In this document: in pieces, positions 20,222-30,423 of the stretch | How positions within the stretch are numbered: the stretch's first letter is position 1 | Layout: every line of letters starts with the position of its first letter | NCBI GenBank assembly: GCA_963751275.1 | Contig: CAVVTZ010000009.1 | Coordinates: forward strand, 64,001 to 128,000 | Direction: 5' to 3' | Source: an uncultured Gemmatimonadaceae bacterium | Lineage (GTDB): Bacteria > Gemmatimonadota > Gemmatimonadetes > Gemmatimonadales > Gemmatimonadaceae | Length of the DNA: 64,000 nucleotides | The notes under the pieces: generated by a model | Database searches by the model: none | The model's input: the letters and a program-made list of their open reading frames with translations, nothing else | Told to the model about the DNA's origin: nothing | Position numbers and translations under genes: made by a program

Positions 20222-21894
20222 GCGCCGCCCAGGCGCGCGGCACCTGGCTGCTCGCCGCACCGGCGCTCGCGATCCTCGCGTGGACGGTCGTGTATCCCAA
20301 CGCGAACGTCATCGCCGGCTCCTTCGCGCACGGGCTCGGCTACTGGCGCGAATTCGCAGGCAATCCCGGCGACCTCGAGGCGCTCCGCACCACGCTGCTC
20401 ATCTCCATCGGTTCAGTCATCCTCGCGACCGCGATCGGCGTGCCGCTCGCCTTCCTCCTCACGCGCATCGAATTCCCCGGCCGCCGCGTGCTCGGCGCGG
20501 TCGCGACGATCCCCGCCGCGCTGCCGCCGCTGGTGGGCGTGATCGCGTTCCTGTTCCTCTATGGCGAGAGCGGCGTGGTCACGCGCGTCGTCCAGCGCGT
20601 GCTCGGCCTCGAGAACGCGCCGTGGACCTTCACCGGCATCTGGCCCATTCTCGTGGTGCACGCGTACGCAATGTACGTGTACGTGTATCTCTTCGTCGCG
20701 GCTGGTCTCGAGCGCTACGACACCTCGCTCGACGAAGCCGCCTCCGGACTCGGCGCCAGCCGCGCGCTGCGCCTGCGCCGCATCACGCTGCCGCTGCTGA
20801 CGCCGAGCCTCGCGGGTGCGATGCTGCTGGTGTTCATGAGCGCGCTGGGGAGTTTCTCCGCGCCGTACGTGTTCGGCGGCGGGCTGCGCGTGATGAGCAC
20901 GCAGATCCTCGCGAGCAAGCTCAATGGCGCGATGGGACTCGCCTACGTCGAGACCACCGTGCTGGCGCTCACCGCGGTCGCAGCGCTGGTGCTGCTCCGC
21001 TGGTTCGAGCGCCGGCGCACGTACGCGGTGACGGGGAAGGGCCGCGTCACGCGCACCGCGATCCCGTCGCGCGGCGGACGGACGGTGGCGCTCATTGGCG
21101 CGTCGGTGCTGGTGTTCATCCTCATCCTGCCGCACGCCATGTTGGTCCTCATCGCCTTCGCGAAGGACGGCGCGTGGACCACGCAACTCCTGCCTCCCGT
21201 GTACACGCTGGAGAACTTCACCCGCCTCGCGCGCGACGCCGACCTCTGGACCCCGATCCGGAATTCCGTGCTCATGGCGATCATCGCGGTCGCCGCCAAT
21301 GCGGTCTTCTGCTTCGTGGCGGCCTATCTCATCGTGCTGCGAAAGTTCCGCGGACGGCGGGCGCTGGAGCTGCTGTCGGCGCTCCCCTGGGCGATCCCGG
21401 CGACGGCGATCGCGATCGGGCTCGCGTCCACCTTCAATCGCAACGATCTCCTGAGCGCGCGCGTGCTCCTCGTGGGCACCTTCTGGATCCTTCCGCTCGC
21501 GTACTTCATCCGCGGCATCCCGCTCGTGTCCAACGCGGTGCAGGGCTCGCTCGCGCAGATGGATCCGTCGCTCGAAGACGCCGCGCGCGGATTGGGCGCG
21601 AGCTGGTGGCTCACGATCAAGCGCGTGGTGCTCCCCGCTGCGCGCCCCGGCCTCGTGGCCGGCACGATGCTCGCCGCGGTGATGGCGGTGGGCGAGTTCG
21701 TCGCGAGCGTGGTGCTGTACACGCACTCGAATCGCCCGATCGCGGTGGAGATCCTCGCGCAGATCCGCGATCTCGCCTTCGGCACGGGCGCCGCGTACAG
21801 CGTGCTGCTCATCATCCTCGTGCTGGCGATCACGCTCGGCGCGCGCTGGAGCGAGTCACGCCTGTTGAACGCCGAAACGGCGGTGCTCTCGTGA
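20218..21894 (+). CDS. ABC transporter permease (FbpB type, two TM domains)
   Basis: Two EAA loops (LDEAASGLGAS, LEDAARGLGAS). Confidence 0.92.
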   Translation: MSAAQARGTWLLAAPALAILAWTVVYPNANVIAGSFAHGLGYWREFAGNPGDLEALRTTLLISIGSVILATAIGVPLAFLLTRIEFPGRRVLGAVATIPAALPPLVGVIAFLFLYGESGVVTRVVQRVLGLENAPWTFTGIWPILVVHAYAMYVYVYLFVAAGLERYDTSLDEAASGLGASRALRLRRITLPLLTPSLAGAMLLVFMSALGSFSAPYVFGGGLRVMSTQILASKLNGAMGLAYVETTVLALTAVAALVLLRWFERRRTYAVTGKGRVTRTAIPSRGGRTVALIGASVLVFILILPHAMLVLIAFAKDGAWTTQLLPPVYTLENFTRLARDADLWTPIRNSVLMAIIAVAANAVFCFVAAYLIVLRKFRGRRALELLSALPWAIPATAIAIGLASTFNRNDLLSARVLLVGTFWILPLAYFIRGIPLVSNAVQGSLAQMDPSLEDAARGLGASWWLTIKRVVLPAARPGLVAGTMLAAVMAVGEFVASVVLYTHSNRPIAVEILAQIRDLAFGTGAAYSVLLIILVLAITLGARWSESRLLNAETAVLS

Positions 21895-23180
21895 GCGGCG
21901 CCCGGCTGCCACGCGTGGTGATCGTCGGCGGCGGATTCGCCGGCCTCCACGCCGCGAAGGCGCTCCGGCACGAACAGATCGAACTCACCGTGCTCGACCG
22001 CGAGAACCACAACACCTTCCAGCCGCTGCTCTACCAGGTGGCGATGGCGGTGCTCGCGCCCAGCGAGATCGCGTCGCCCATCCGGTGGCTGCTGAAGAAG
22101 CAGGAGAACACCACCGTGCTGCTTGCGGACGTGGAGCGCATCGACGTCGCGCGGCGAATGGTCATCGCCGACAGCGAGAAAGTGGAAGTGCCGTACGATT
22201 ACCTGATCGTCGCCACCGGCACGCGGCACGCCTACTTCGGGCATCCCGAATGGGAAGCGCTCGCGCCTGGGCTCAAGAGCATTGCTGACGCGCGCGAGAT
22301 CCGCCGGCGGTTCCTGCTCGCGTACGAATCCGCCGAGAAGGCCGCCACGCAGCGGGAGCGCGACGAGCTGATGACCTTCGTGATCGTGGGCGGCGGGCCC
22401 ACCGGCGTGGAACTCGCGGGGATCCTGCCGGAGGTCGGCAAGCGCGGGATCGCCGGCGAATTCCGCCGCGCCGACACCCGGCGCACGCGCACGATCCTGC
22501 TCGAGGGCGGCCCGCGCATCCTCCCCGCGTTCAACGAGGAGATCTCCGCCGAGGCGCGGCGCGAACTCACCGAACTCGGCGTGGAGGTGCGCACGGGGGC
22601 GCTGGTCACGCGCATCACGCCCGACGCGGTGTACATCGGCGACGAGAAGATCCCGTGTCGCACGGTGTTCTGGGCGGCGGGCAATCAGGCATCGCCGCTC
22701 GGCAAGTCGCTTGGTGCGCCGCTCGACCGCGTCGGGCGCGTGCTCGTGTCACCCGATCTGAGCGTGCCGGGCCATCCCGAGATCTTCGTCACCGGCGATC
22801 TCGCGGCGCTCGAGCAGAATGGCGCGCTGGTGCCCGGCGTCGCGCCGGCCGCGATCCAGGAGGGCACGTGCGCCGCGAAGAACATCCAGCGGCTCGTGCG
22901 CGGCAAGCCGACGGCGCCTTTCCGCTACTGGGACAAGGGGAATCTCGCGACCATCGGCCGGCACCGCGCGGTGGCGCAGTTCGGCGATTTCGGCGTGACC
23001 GGATTCGCGGCGTGGTTCCTGTGGTTGTTCATCCACATCCTCTATCTCGCCGGGTTCCGGAATCGACTCATCGTGGCGATCGAGTGGGGCTATTCTTACT
23101 TCACATACCAACGAGGCGCGCGGGTACTTTCGGAGGAATCCGCGGGACTCGGGAATCGGGACTCGCCGCGGGACGCGTGA
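21891..23180 (+). CDS. ndh: Type II NADH dehydrogenase
   Basis: VIVGGGFAG, FQPLLYQVA, IVGGGPTGVELAG, PGVAPAAIQEG, DKGNLATIGR. Confidence 0.9.
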   Translation: MSGARLPRVVIVGGGFAGLHAAKALRHEQIELTVLDRENHNTFQPLLYQVAMAVLAPSEIASPIRWLLKKQENTTVLLADVERIDVARRMVIADSEKVEVPYDYLIVATGTRHAYFGHPEWEALAPGLKSIADAREIRRRFLLAYESAEKAATQRERDELMTFVIVGGGPTGVELAGILPEVGKRGIAGEFRRADTRRTRTILLEGGPRILPAFNEEISAEARRELTELGVEVRTGALVTRITPDAVYIGDEKIPCRTVFWAAGNQASPLGKSLGAPLDRVGRVLVSPDLSVPGHPEIFVTGDLAALEQNGALVPGVAPAAIQEGTCAAKNIQRLVRGKPTAPFRYWDKGNLATIGRHRAVAQFGDFGVTGFAAWFLWLFIHILYLAGFRNRLIVAIEWGYSYFTYQRGARVLSEESAGLGNRDSPRDA

Positions 23181-23245
23181 ACCGCGCGATAGCTCATCGC
23201 GCCGTTCTCGCATCCCGCGGCGAGTCCCGATTCCCGAATCCCGAG
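23141..23245. repeat. GGGACTC-heptamer hairpin repeat (family F2), copy 1
   Basis: CGGGACTCGGGAATCGGGACTCGCCGCGGGA ... TCCCGCGGCGAGTCCCGATTCCCGAATCCCG; near-identical copy at 24501-24612. Confidence 0.85.
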
Positions 23246-23251
23246 CAGTGG

Positions 23252-24343
23252 TTATTGCACCACGAACGACGTCATCATCCCGCGCCTGACGTCCGCCTTG
23301 CGGTCCGGCCCGTTGATGTTGAAGCTCGCGAGCACGTAGGTGCCCGGGCTCAGCGTCACCGGGAACTGCACCGTCGATCCCGTCTCCGTGCCGGCGACGC
23401 CACCGACGACCATGCCGGGGATCGATCCCTCATAGGCTTCGGCCCAGGTCTTGAAGTCCTTGAACGTCTTGTTGTTGCTCAGCTTGAAGAGCACGGCCTC
23501 ATGCGGGAAATTCCCAACCGTCTTCACCTCGATGATGCGCGGACCCGCCGACACCGGGCCTGAGAGCGTGATCGTGTACTCGTTCAGCGTGGCCGTCACA
23601 TCGGGCGCCGGCATGGTGGCCTGTGGCGCGCTGTTCGCCGTCACTTTGAGCGGGAGCAACGTTCCCTTCTCGATGTATGGAGCGTGCTCCGGGAACGCCT
23701 TGAGACCCATGATCACGTAGTCGCCCGCCGCGAGATCGATCGTCGCCGCCGACGTGGCGCCGGCCATCGACGCGTTCGGTCCGCTCGCGAGCAGCACCCA
23801 CTGCGGGAGCTTCGAATTCTCCTTCATCGCTTGCTCGAGCTCGGCCTCGGTCTTCCCATCCTGCAGCTTGACGATCTGGATGTGCTCCATCTTCGGCCCG
23901 TTGTTGACCAACGAGACGGTCGTGAGGCCGGCGGGCACCGTCGCGGGCGCGCTGAGCACGCCGGCGTTCGAGTGAATGGCGAGTGCGTTGGGCCGCGGAC
24001 CGTGGTTGGCTGGCGCCGGGGCCGCGGCCGGCGCCGCGGCGGGCGCTGCGGCGGGCGCCATCGCCGGCGCCATCGCCGGAGAGGCTGAAGGTGCAGCAGG
24101 GACGGCCTTGGTCACGGCGGTGGCGGTTGCAGCCTTGGCGGCCGATTTACCGCCCGAAGTGGCGGCCGGTGCGGCCGCGGGCGTCGAGTCCGCGGCGGGC
24201 GCTGGAGTCTCGGCGGCTGCCGCAGCGGGCGCGGTCTTCGGGATGGTGTCCAGCGAGGGCTTCGCCTCGCCCTTGCACGCCGCGAGCGACGCGAAGGCGA
24301 GTATCGCGGCGGAGCAAATGCGGGCGTGGATGGTGTTTGACAT
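23252..24343 (-). CDS. Lipoprotein with Ala/Pro linker and two cupredoxin-like domains
   Basis: Lipobox LAAC, long Ala/Pro-rich linker, repeated N.G..(E/P)H...KL and L..G.Y motifs. Confidence 0.6.
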   Translation of the reverse strand: MSNTIHARICSAAILAFASLAACKGEAKPSLDTIPKTAPAAAAAETPAPAADSTPAAAPAATSGGKSAAKAATATAVTKAVPAAPSASPAMAPAMAPAAAPAAAPAAAPAPANHGPRPNALAIHSNAGVLSAPATVPAGLTTVSLVNNGPKMEHIQIVKLQDGKTEAELEQAMKENSKLPQWVLLASGPNASMAGATSAATIDLAAGDYVIMGLKAFPEHAPYIEKGTLLPLKVTANSAPQATMPAPDVTATLNEYTITLSGPVSAGPRIIEVKTVGNFPHEAVLFKLSNNKTFKDFKTWAEAYEGSIPGMVVGGVAGTETGSTVQFPVTLSPGTYVLASFNINGPDRKADVRRGMMTSFVVQ

Positions 24344-24500
24344 GCGTCCCCTGGGTGTGAGTGGTCTCACCATGAAGGTCACGCGGTCAGCCAGCGCGCC
24401 GAGGGAGGGTGGAACTGGCCCAGATCGTTCGGTGGTCGGTGGCCGCTAGAGACCGTAGACGCTACGGCGCGCGGTGTCGGGTTGCAAGGAGGGGGGACGA

Positions 24501-24612
24501 CGCGGGACGCGGGACTCGGGACTCGGGACTCGCCGCGGGACGCGTGAACTACGCGGGGCGTCGTCGCGACCTTCTCGAATCCCGCGGCGAGTCCCGAATC
24601 CCGGATCCCGCG
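24501..24612. repeat. GGGACTC-heptamer hairpin repeat (family F2), copy 2
   Basis: GGGACTCGGGACTCGGGACTCGCCGCGGGACGCGTGAAC ... TCCCGCGGCGAGTCCCGAATCCCGGATCCCG. Confidence 0.85.
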
Positions 24613-24616
24613 CAGT

Positions 24617-25922
24617 TCAGCGCCGCTCCTCCGCGAGCACCGCCGGTTCCTCCGCCGTGTCCTGCCGCGCGATCTCCTCGGTCTGTCCGGAATATCGGTT
24701 CAGCCCGAATCCCAGCCAGATCGTGCCTGCCACCAGCACGGCCGACGTTCCGAACGGGACGATCGGCTTGAAATTGTCCCACGCGAATCCGGCGTACAGC
24801 GGGTACAGGAATCGCGCGATGCCGGCGTACGTCTGCTGCACGCCCATGTAGAGGCCGCGTTCGTGCTCGCCCACGACGCGCGACAGCAGCCCCGTGGTCG
24901 CCGGGAAGTTGAACGCGGTGCCGAGCGGGATCAGCGCGGTCGCGAGCGCGAGCGGAACGTACGCCGCGAGTCCGGGCAGGATCGATTTGTGCACGAGCGA
25001 TACGCTCAGGATGCCGAGCGCGAGCAGTGCGGTGCCGAAGCGCGCAGTGCGCACTTCGCCGAACTTGTCCACCACCGGGCCCACGAGGAAGATCCGCACG
25101 AGCACGCTGATCGCGCCGATGTACGCGAAGAAATATCCGATGGTGAGCGCGGTGACGCCCCAATAGTCCTTGAGATAGAGCGACAGCACGGGGTTGATCC
25201 CGTAGAACGCGCCCATGCAGATCGCGTACATCCAGATCAACCGCGACGCCGGCTCGCCGGGATGCTCGAACACGCGCAGCACCACGGTCCATGGCGACCG
25301 CGCGGTCTTGCTCTTCTCGCGCGCCTTGGCGCTCTGCCGCTCGGTGAGGAATCTCGTGGCGAACCGAGATGTTGATCATGCACAGCAGCGCGGCGACGAG
25401 CCCCGGTCCGTGCTCGCCGATATGGAACACGGCCTGCGCGCCGAGCACGGGGCCGAGCACCACACCCAGATTGGTCGCGCTCGAGAGCCAGCCCAGGCCG
25501 CGCGCGCGGTTCTTCGGCTCCACCGCGTCGGCCACGTACGCCTGGATGACGCCGGTGGTCCCGCCCCCCGCGCCCTGAATGAGGCGGCAGGCGAAGAGCA
25601 TCCAGTAGGAGTTGGCGTATGCGAACACCACATACGAGATCGCGGAGCCGGTGAGCCCCGCGATGAGCGCCGGCTTCCGCCCGTAGCGGTCGGAGACGCG
25701 CCCCCAGAACGGCGCGCTCAGCAGCTGCATCGCCGCGAACGCGGAGATCAGCATGCTCACCTGGAACCCGTTCGCGCCGAACTTCGAGGCGTAAAATGGA
25801 AAGAGCGGGAAGACCATCAGCCCGCCCACCATGTCGATGAACGCCGTCGTCATGAGGATGCCGAGCTTCCCGGCATCGCCCGCCCGCAAGTTCTCGAATC
25901 GTGATGCGATGAATTTATTCAC
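24617..25922 (-). CDS. MFS transporter (DHA1/TetA-like); frameshift near 25365
   Basis: Motif A WGRVSDRYGRKP, RLIQGAGGG, AYVAD...RARGLG; second half continues in the 24617-25285 frame. Confidence 0.88.
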
Positions 25923-25931
25923 GCGCGCAAT

Positions 25932-26774
25932 CTACTCCGCTTTGCCGAGTGACGCGGGGGGCACGGCCTTCTTCACCACTCCCGCGAGCGCGACGATGGT
26001 CAGGACGTACGGGATCATCTGGATGAACTGCGACGGGATGAATTGCGTTCCCTGCAGCTGGATCTGCAGCGTCTCCGCCGCCGCGAAGAAGAGACACGCC
26101 ACCGCCGCGCGCATCGGATCCCAGCGTCCGAAGATCACCGCCGCCAATGCGATGAACCCGCGTCCCGCGGTCATCTCGCTCGTGAACTCGTGCTGGTCGA
26201 GCGCGAGGTACACGCCGCCCAGCGATGCCAGCGCGCCCGACAGCGCCACCGCGATCAAGCGGACGCGTGGCACGCGCACGCCGAGCGTCTCCGCCGCCAG
26301 CGGATTCTCGCCCACGGCGCGCACGCGCAGCCCGAACGGCGTGCGGTACACCACCCACGCGAGCGCCATGGGTACGATCAACCCCGCCGCGATCAGCGGG
26401 TTCCGTTCGAAGCCCGGCACGCGCGGCGAGTTCGACGAGCTGTCGAACATCAACTTCAACAGGAAGCGCGTGAGACCGATCACAAGGAGGTTGATCGCGA
26501 TGCCGCTCACGACCTGGTCCGCGCGGAAGCGCAGCGACACGAGCGCGTGCACGAGCGCGAAGAGCACGCCGCCGCCGATGCCGCACAGCACGCCCACCCA
26601 CGGACTGCCGCTGTAGTAGCTGCCGGTCGCTCCGGCGAACGCGCCCGCCAGCATGTAGCCCTCGAGGCCCAGGCTGATCACCCCGCTCCGCTCCGCGATC
26701 ACGCCTCCCGCCGCCGCGAAGAGGTACGGGATCGCGATGCGGATGGTCTGCGCGAGGAAGGCGAGCACGCTCAC
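25932..26774 (-). CDS. Nucleoside/sugar ABC permease (YufQ/NupC type)
   Basis: ERSGVISLGLEG, GLRVRAVGENP, AGRGFIALAAVIFGRW. Confidence 0.9.
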   Translation of the reverse strand: MSVLAFLAQTIRIAIPYLFAAAGGVIAERSGVISLGLEGYMLAGAFAGATGSYYSGSPWVGVLCGIGGGVLFALVHALVSLRFRADQVVSGIAINLLVIGLTRFLLKLMFDSSSNSPRVPGFERNPLIAAGLIVPMALAWVVYRTPFGLRVRAVGENPLAAETLGVRVPRVRLIAVALSGALASLGGVYLALDQHEFTSEMTAGRGFIALAAVIFGRWDPMRAAVACLFFAAAETLQIQLQGTQFIPSQFIQMIPYVLTIVALAGVVKKAVPPASLGKAE

Positions 26775-27838
26775 GGTTCGGTGCTCCGTCGCGCCGACAT
26801 GATCGCGCGCCGCACTTCGGGCACCGACGCGGCGACCGCGAGGATGATGATCCCCTGCAGCACTTCCACCAGCTGCTTCGGCACCAGCGCGTTCACCGCG
26901 AGCGCGCCCTGCGAGAGCGTCGCGAAGAAGAGCGCGGCCAGCACGACGCCGAATGGATGGTTGCGACCGACCAGCGCGACGGCGATGCCGAGGTATCCCG
27001 CACCGCCGGCGAACCCTTCTTCGTAGTAGTGCTTGTAGCCGAGGACGAAGTTGATGCCGCCGAGTCCCGCGAGCATGCCGGAGATCGTCATCGCGCGCAT
27101 CCAGGTGGCGGCCGCGCGCACGCCGCCGTACTCCGCGGCCTCTGGCTGCAGCCCCACCGCCCGCAGGTCGTAGCCGCTGCGCGTGCGGAAGAGGAACCAC
27201 CACGCCGCCACCGCGTTCGCGAGCACGATGAGGATCCCCACGTTCGCCGCGGAGCCGTGGAACACGTCCCAGATCTCGGAGAAGCGCGTGAGCGCGCCGG
27301 CGTGGATCTCGGGCGTGTGCAGCGTTTCGGGCACGCGCAGGTGCGCGACGATGATCCAGTTGAGCAGCGCGAGCACGATGAAGTTGAGCATGATCGTCGT
27401 GATCACTTCGTGCGCGCCGAACTTCGCACGGAGCGCGCCGGGCACCCAGCCGACGGCGGCGCCGCCGGCCATGGCCGCCATCACGCAGAGCGGCCACGCG
27501 GCGAGCGCAGGCGTGCCGGCGGGGAGGACGATCCCCATGAGCGCCGCGGCGAATCCGCCCGCGGCCAGCTGTCCCTCCGCGCCAATGTTGAACAGGCCCG
27601 CGCGCAGTCCCATCGACACGGCGAGGCCGGTGGCGATGAGGGTTGTGGTCTTGTACAGCACCTGGCCGAAGCCGTACCAATTGCCCCACGTGCCTTCGAT
27701 GAGCAGGCGGTACACCGCGGCGGGCGACTGGCCCACCGCGATGATGAGCAGGTCGCCCGCCACGAGCGCGACGAGCAGCGCCACCAGCGGCGGCAGCAGC
27801 GCCGCCTCGGCGCGCTCGCGCAATTCGGCGCGCGTCAC
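26771..27838 (-). CDS. Nucleoside/sugar ABC permease (YufP/NupB type)
   Basis: GLFNIGAEGQ, HEVITTIMLN, GYLGIAVALVGRNHP. Confidence 0.9.
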   Translation of the reverse strand: MTRAELRERAEAALLPPLVALLVALVAGDLLIIAVGQSPAAVYRLLIEGTWGNWYGFGQVLYKTTTLIATGLAVSMGLRAGLFNIGAEGQLAAGGFAAALMGIVLPAGTPALAAWPLCVMAAMAGGAAVGWVPGALRAKFGAHEVITTIMLNFIVLALLNWIIVAHLRVPETLHTPEIHAGALTRFSEIWDVFHGSAANVGILIVLANAVAAWWFLFRTRSGYDLRAVGLQPEAAEYGGVRAAATWMRAMTISGMLAGLGGINFVLGYKHYYEEGFAGGAGYLGIAVALVGRNHPFGVVLAALFFATLSQGALAVNALVPKQLVEVLQGIIILAVAASVPEVRRAIMSARRSTEP

Positions 27839-29378
27839 GCGGCGCTCGCTCCCGCGCCCGTCATCAGCGGGCCGAGCGACTGCCTCGCTCGCCTGCGCGC
27901 GGGGCATGACGCCCACGATGCGCCCGCCGTACATCACGGCGACGCGATCGGCGAGCGCGAGGATCTCCTGCAGCTCCGCGCTCACGAGCAGCACCGCTTT
28001 CCCATCGGCGCGCGCGCGGCGCAGCTGCGCGTGGATGAACTCGATCGCGCCCACGTCCACGCCGCGCGTCGGCTGCGCGGCGAGCAGCACGCGATACTCG
28101 CCGCCCATCTCGCGCGCGATCACGATCTTCTGCTGGTTGCCGCCCGAGAGCGCGCGCGCGGGCAGGGAAGGATCCGGCGGGCGGATGTCGAAGCGCTCGA
28201 CGGCCGCGCGCGCGTTCCGGTCGATGTGCTCGCGGTCGAGTCCGGCGAAGCGTCGCGAAGCGGTCCTGACGGCCGAGGATGAGATTGTCAGCCACGGAAT
28301 AGTCGAGAATGAGCCCGCGGCGGTGACGGTCCTCGGGGATGTGTGCGAGGCCGAGCAGTCCGCGCTCGCGCACGGAGAGCGCGGTGACGTCGGCGTCGCC
28401 GAGCAGCACCGCGCCGGAGCGCGACGGCGCGGAGACCGGCGATCGCCTCGAGCAGCGCGCTCTGGCCGTTCCCCTCGACGCCCGCGATGCCGAGGATCTC
28501 GCCCGGCGCCACAGTGAAGGAGATGCCGTCCACTTCGCGGGGCCGGCGCGTGCCGCGCGACGACGAGATCGCGCACCGTCAGCGCCGCATCGGCGCCCGC
28601 CGGCATCGCGCCCGCGACGAACGATCCCGCGCCGGCGAGCGCCACCTCGCGCCCCACCATCGCGACCGCGATCGCCGCCGGCGTCGTCTCCGCGGTCACC
28701 ATGCGCGCCACGGTCTCGCCGCGGCGCATCACGGTGATGCGGTCGGACACCTGCATCACCTCGTCCAGCTTGTGCGTGATGAGCACGATCGTGCCGCCGC
28801 CCGCCTTCGAGCGCGCGCAGCACCTTCCACAGCTCCTGCACTTCCGGCGGCGACAGCACGGCGGTGGGCTCGTCGAGGATCAGCAACCGCGCGCCGCGGA
28901 AGAGCGTCTTCAGGATCTCCACGCGCTGCGCCTCGCCGACGCTGAGGATCGCCCACGAGGCGCGACGCCTCCACGCGCAGTCCGTACTTCGCCGCCACCG
29001 CGTTCACCTCGGCGGTGGCGCGCGCGAGATCGAGCTGCGGGCCGCGGTGCGGCTCGCGGCCGAGCACCACGTTCTCCGCCACGGTGAGCGTGGGCACGAG
29101 CATGAAATGCTGGTGCACCATCCCCACGCCGGCGGCGATCGCGTCGGAGGTGCGCCATCCGGTCACGTCGCGGCCGTCCACCATCGCTCGTGCCGCCGTC
29201 GGGCGGGATCAATGCCGCGCGAGGATGCGCATGAGCGTCGATTTCCCCGCGCCGTTCTCACCGACGAGCGCGTGGATCTCGCCCGGCGCGCACCTCCAGC
29301 GACGCGCCGGCGTTCGCGCGCACCGCGCCGAAACGCTTCTCGATGCCGGTGAGCTCGATCGCCGGGCGTATCGCTCAT
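27835..29378 (-). CDS. Nucleoside/sugar ABC ATP-binding protein (two NBDs); several frameshifts
   Basis: [65 protein letters not shown] in successive frames. Confidence 0.88.
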
Positions 29379-30416
29379 CGCGTGCTCGGCACGGTGATCG
29401 TGCCGGCGATGATCTGCGGCCTTGAGCGCATCGAGCTTCGCCTTCACGCTGTCGGGAATGAGCGCGGCGTTGTGCGCATCGTAGACGCAGCCGACGCCGT
29501 TCTCCGCGAGCCCGTACTCGAAGATGCCGCCATGGAAGGTGCCGTTGCGCACGCGGCCGATCTGGTCGTACACCACCTCGTCCACGCGCTTCACCATCGA
29601 CGTCAGGATGAAGCCCGGCGCCTCGTCGTACTGGTCGGCGTCCACGCCGATGGCGAGCTTCTTCATCTGCCGTGCCGCCTCGAACACGCCGAGCCCCGTG
29701 GAGCCGCTCGCGTGGAAGATGACGTTCACCCCCTGCTCGTACTGGCTGAGCGCGAGTTCCTTTCCCTTGCTCGGATTCCGGAACGCCTCGGGGGTGACGC
29801 CGGCGTACTGCACGAGCACCGTGCAGGTTGGGCAGACGTATTTCACGCCGGCGCGGTAGCCGGCCTCGAACTTGTGGATCAGCGGGATGTCCATGCCGCC
29901 CACGAAGCCCACTTTCTTCGAGCCGCCCACCATGCGCCGCGAGCGCGCCCACGAGGAACGAGCCCTGCTCCTCGCGGAACTTCAGCGCCGCGAGGTTCGG
30001 CGGCGGCAGGATCGACCTTGCCCGCGGAGTCCGACCGAGAGCGCGTAGTCCACGCCGGCGAAACGCACGTCGGGATATTCCTTCGCGAGCGAGGTCAGGT
30101 CATCGGTGAAGATGAAGCCGACGCCGATCACCAATCCCATCTTCTCGGCGGCGAGCAGGCGCAGCCCCGCCTCGCGGTCGGCGCCATCGCCCGGCTCGAT
30201 GAAGTGCACGCGCGCGCCATAGTCGCGCATCGCTTTCTCGGCGCCCCGGTACGCGCCGTCGTTGAACGACTTGTCGCCGCGGCCGCCGACGTCGAACACC
30301 ACGCCGATGTCGAGCGCGCTGCGCACCGGCGGCGGCACCGCACCCGCGGGGTGGATCTGCAGCAGCGCGATGTGCGCGACCAGCAGCCCGCCGATCACGA
30401 GGAAGATCGTGCGCAT
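29375..30416 (-). CDS. BMP-family ABC substrate-binding protein; frameshifts near 30030, 29935 and 29420
   Basis: DVGGRGDKSFND, KVGFVGGMDIPLIHKFEAGY, AIGVDADQ, ILTSMVKRVD. Confidence 0.88.
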
Positions 30417-30423
30417 GGCGGGG

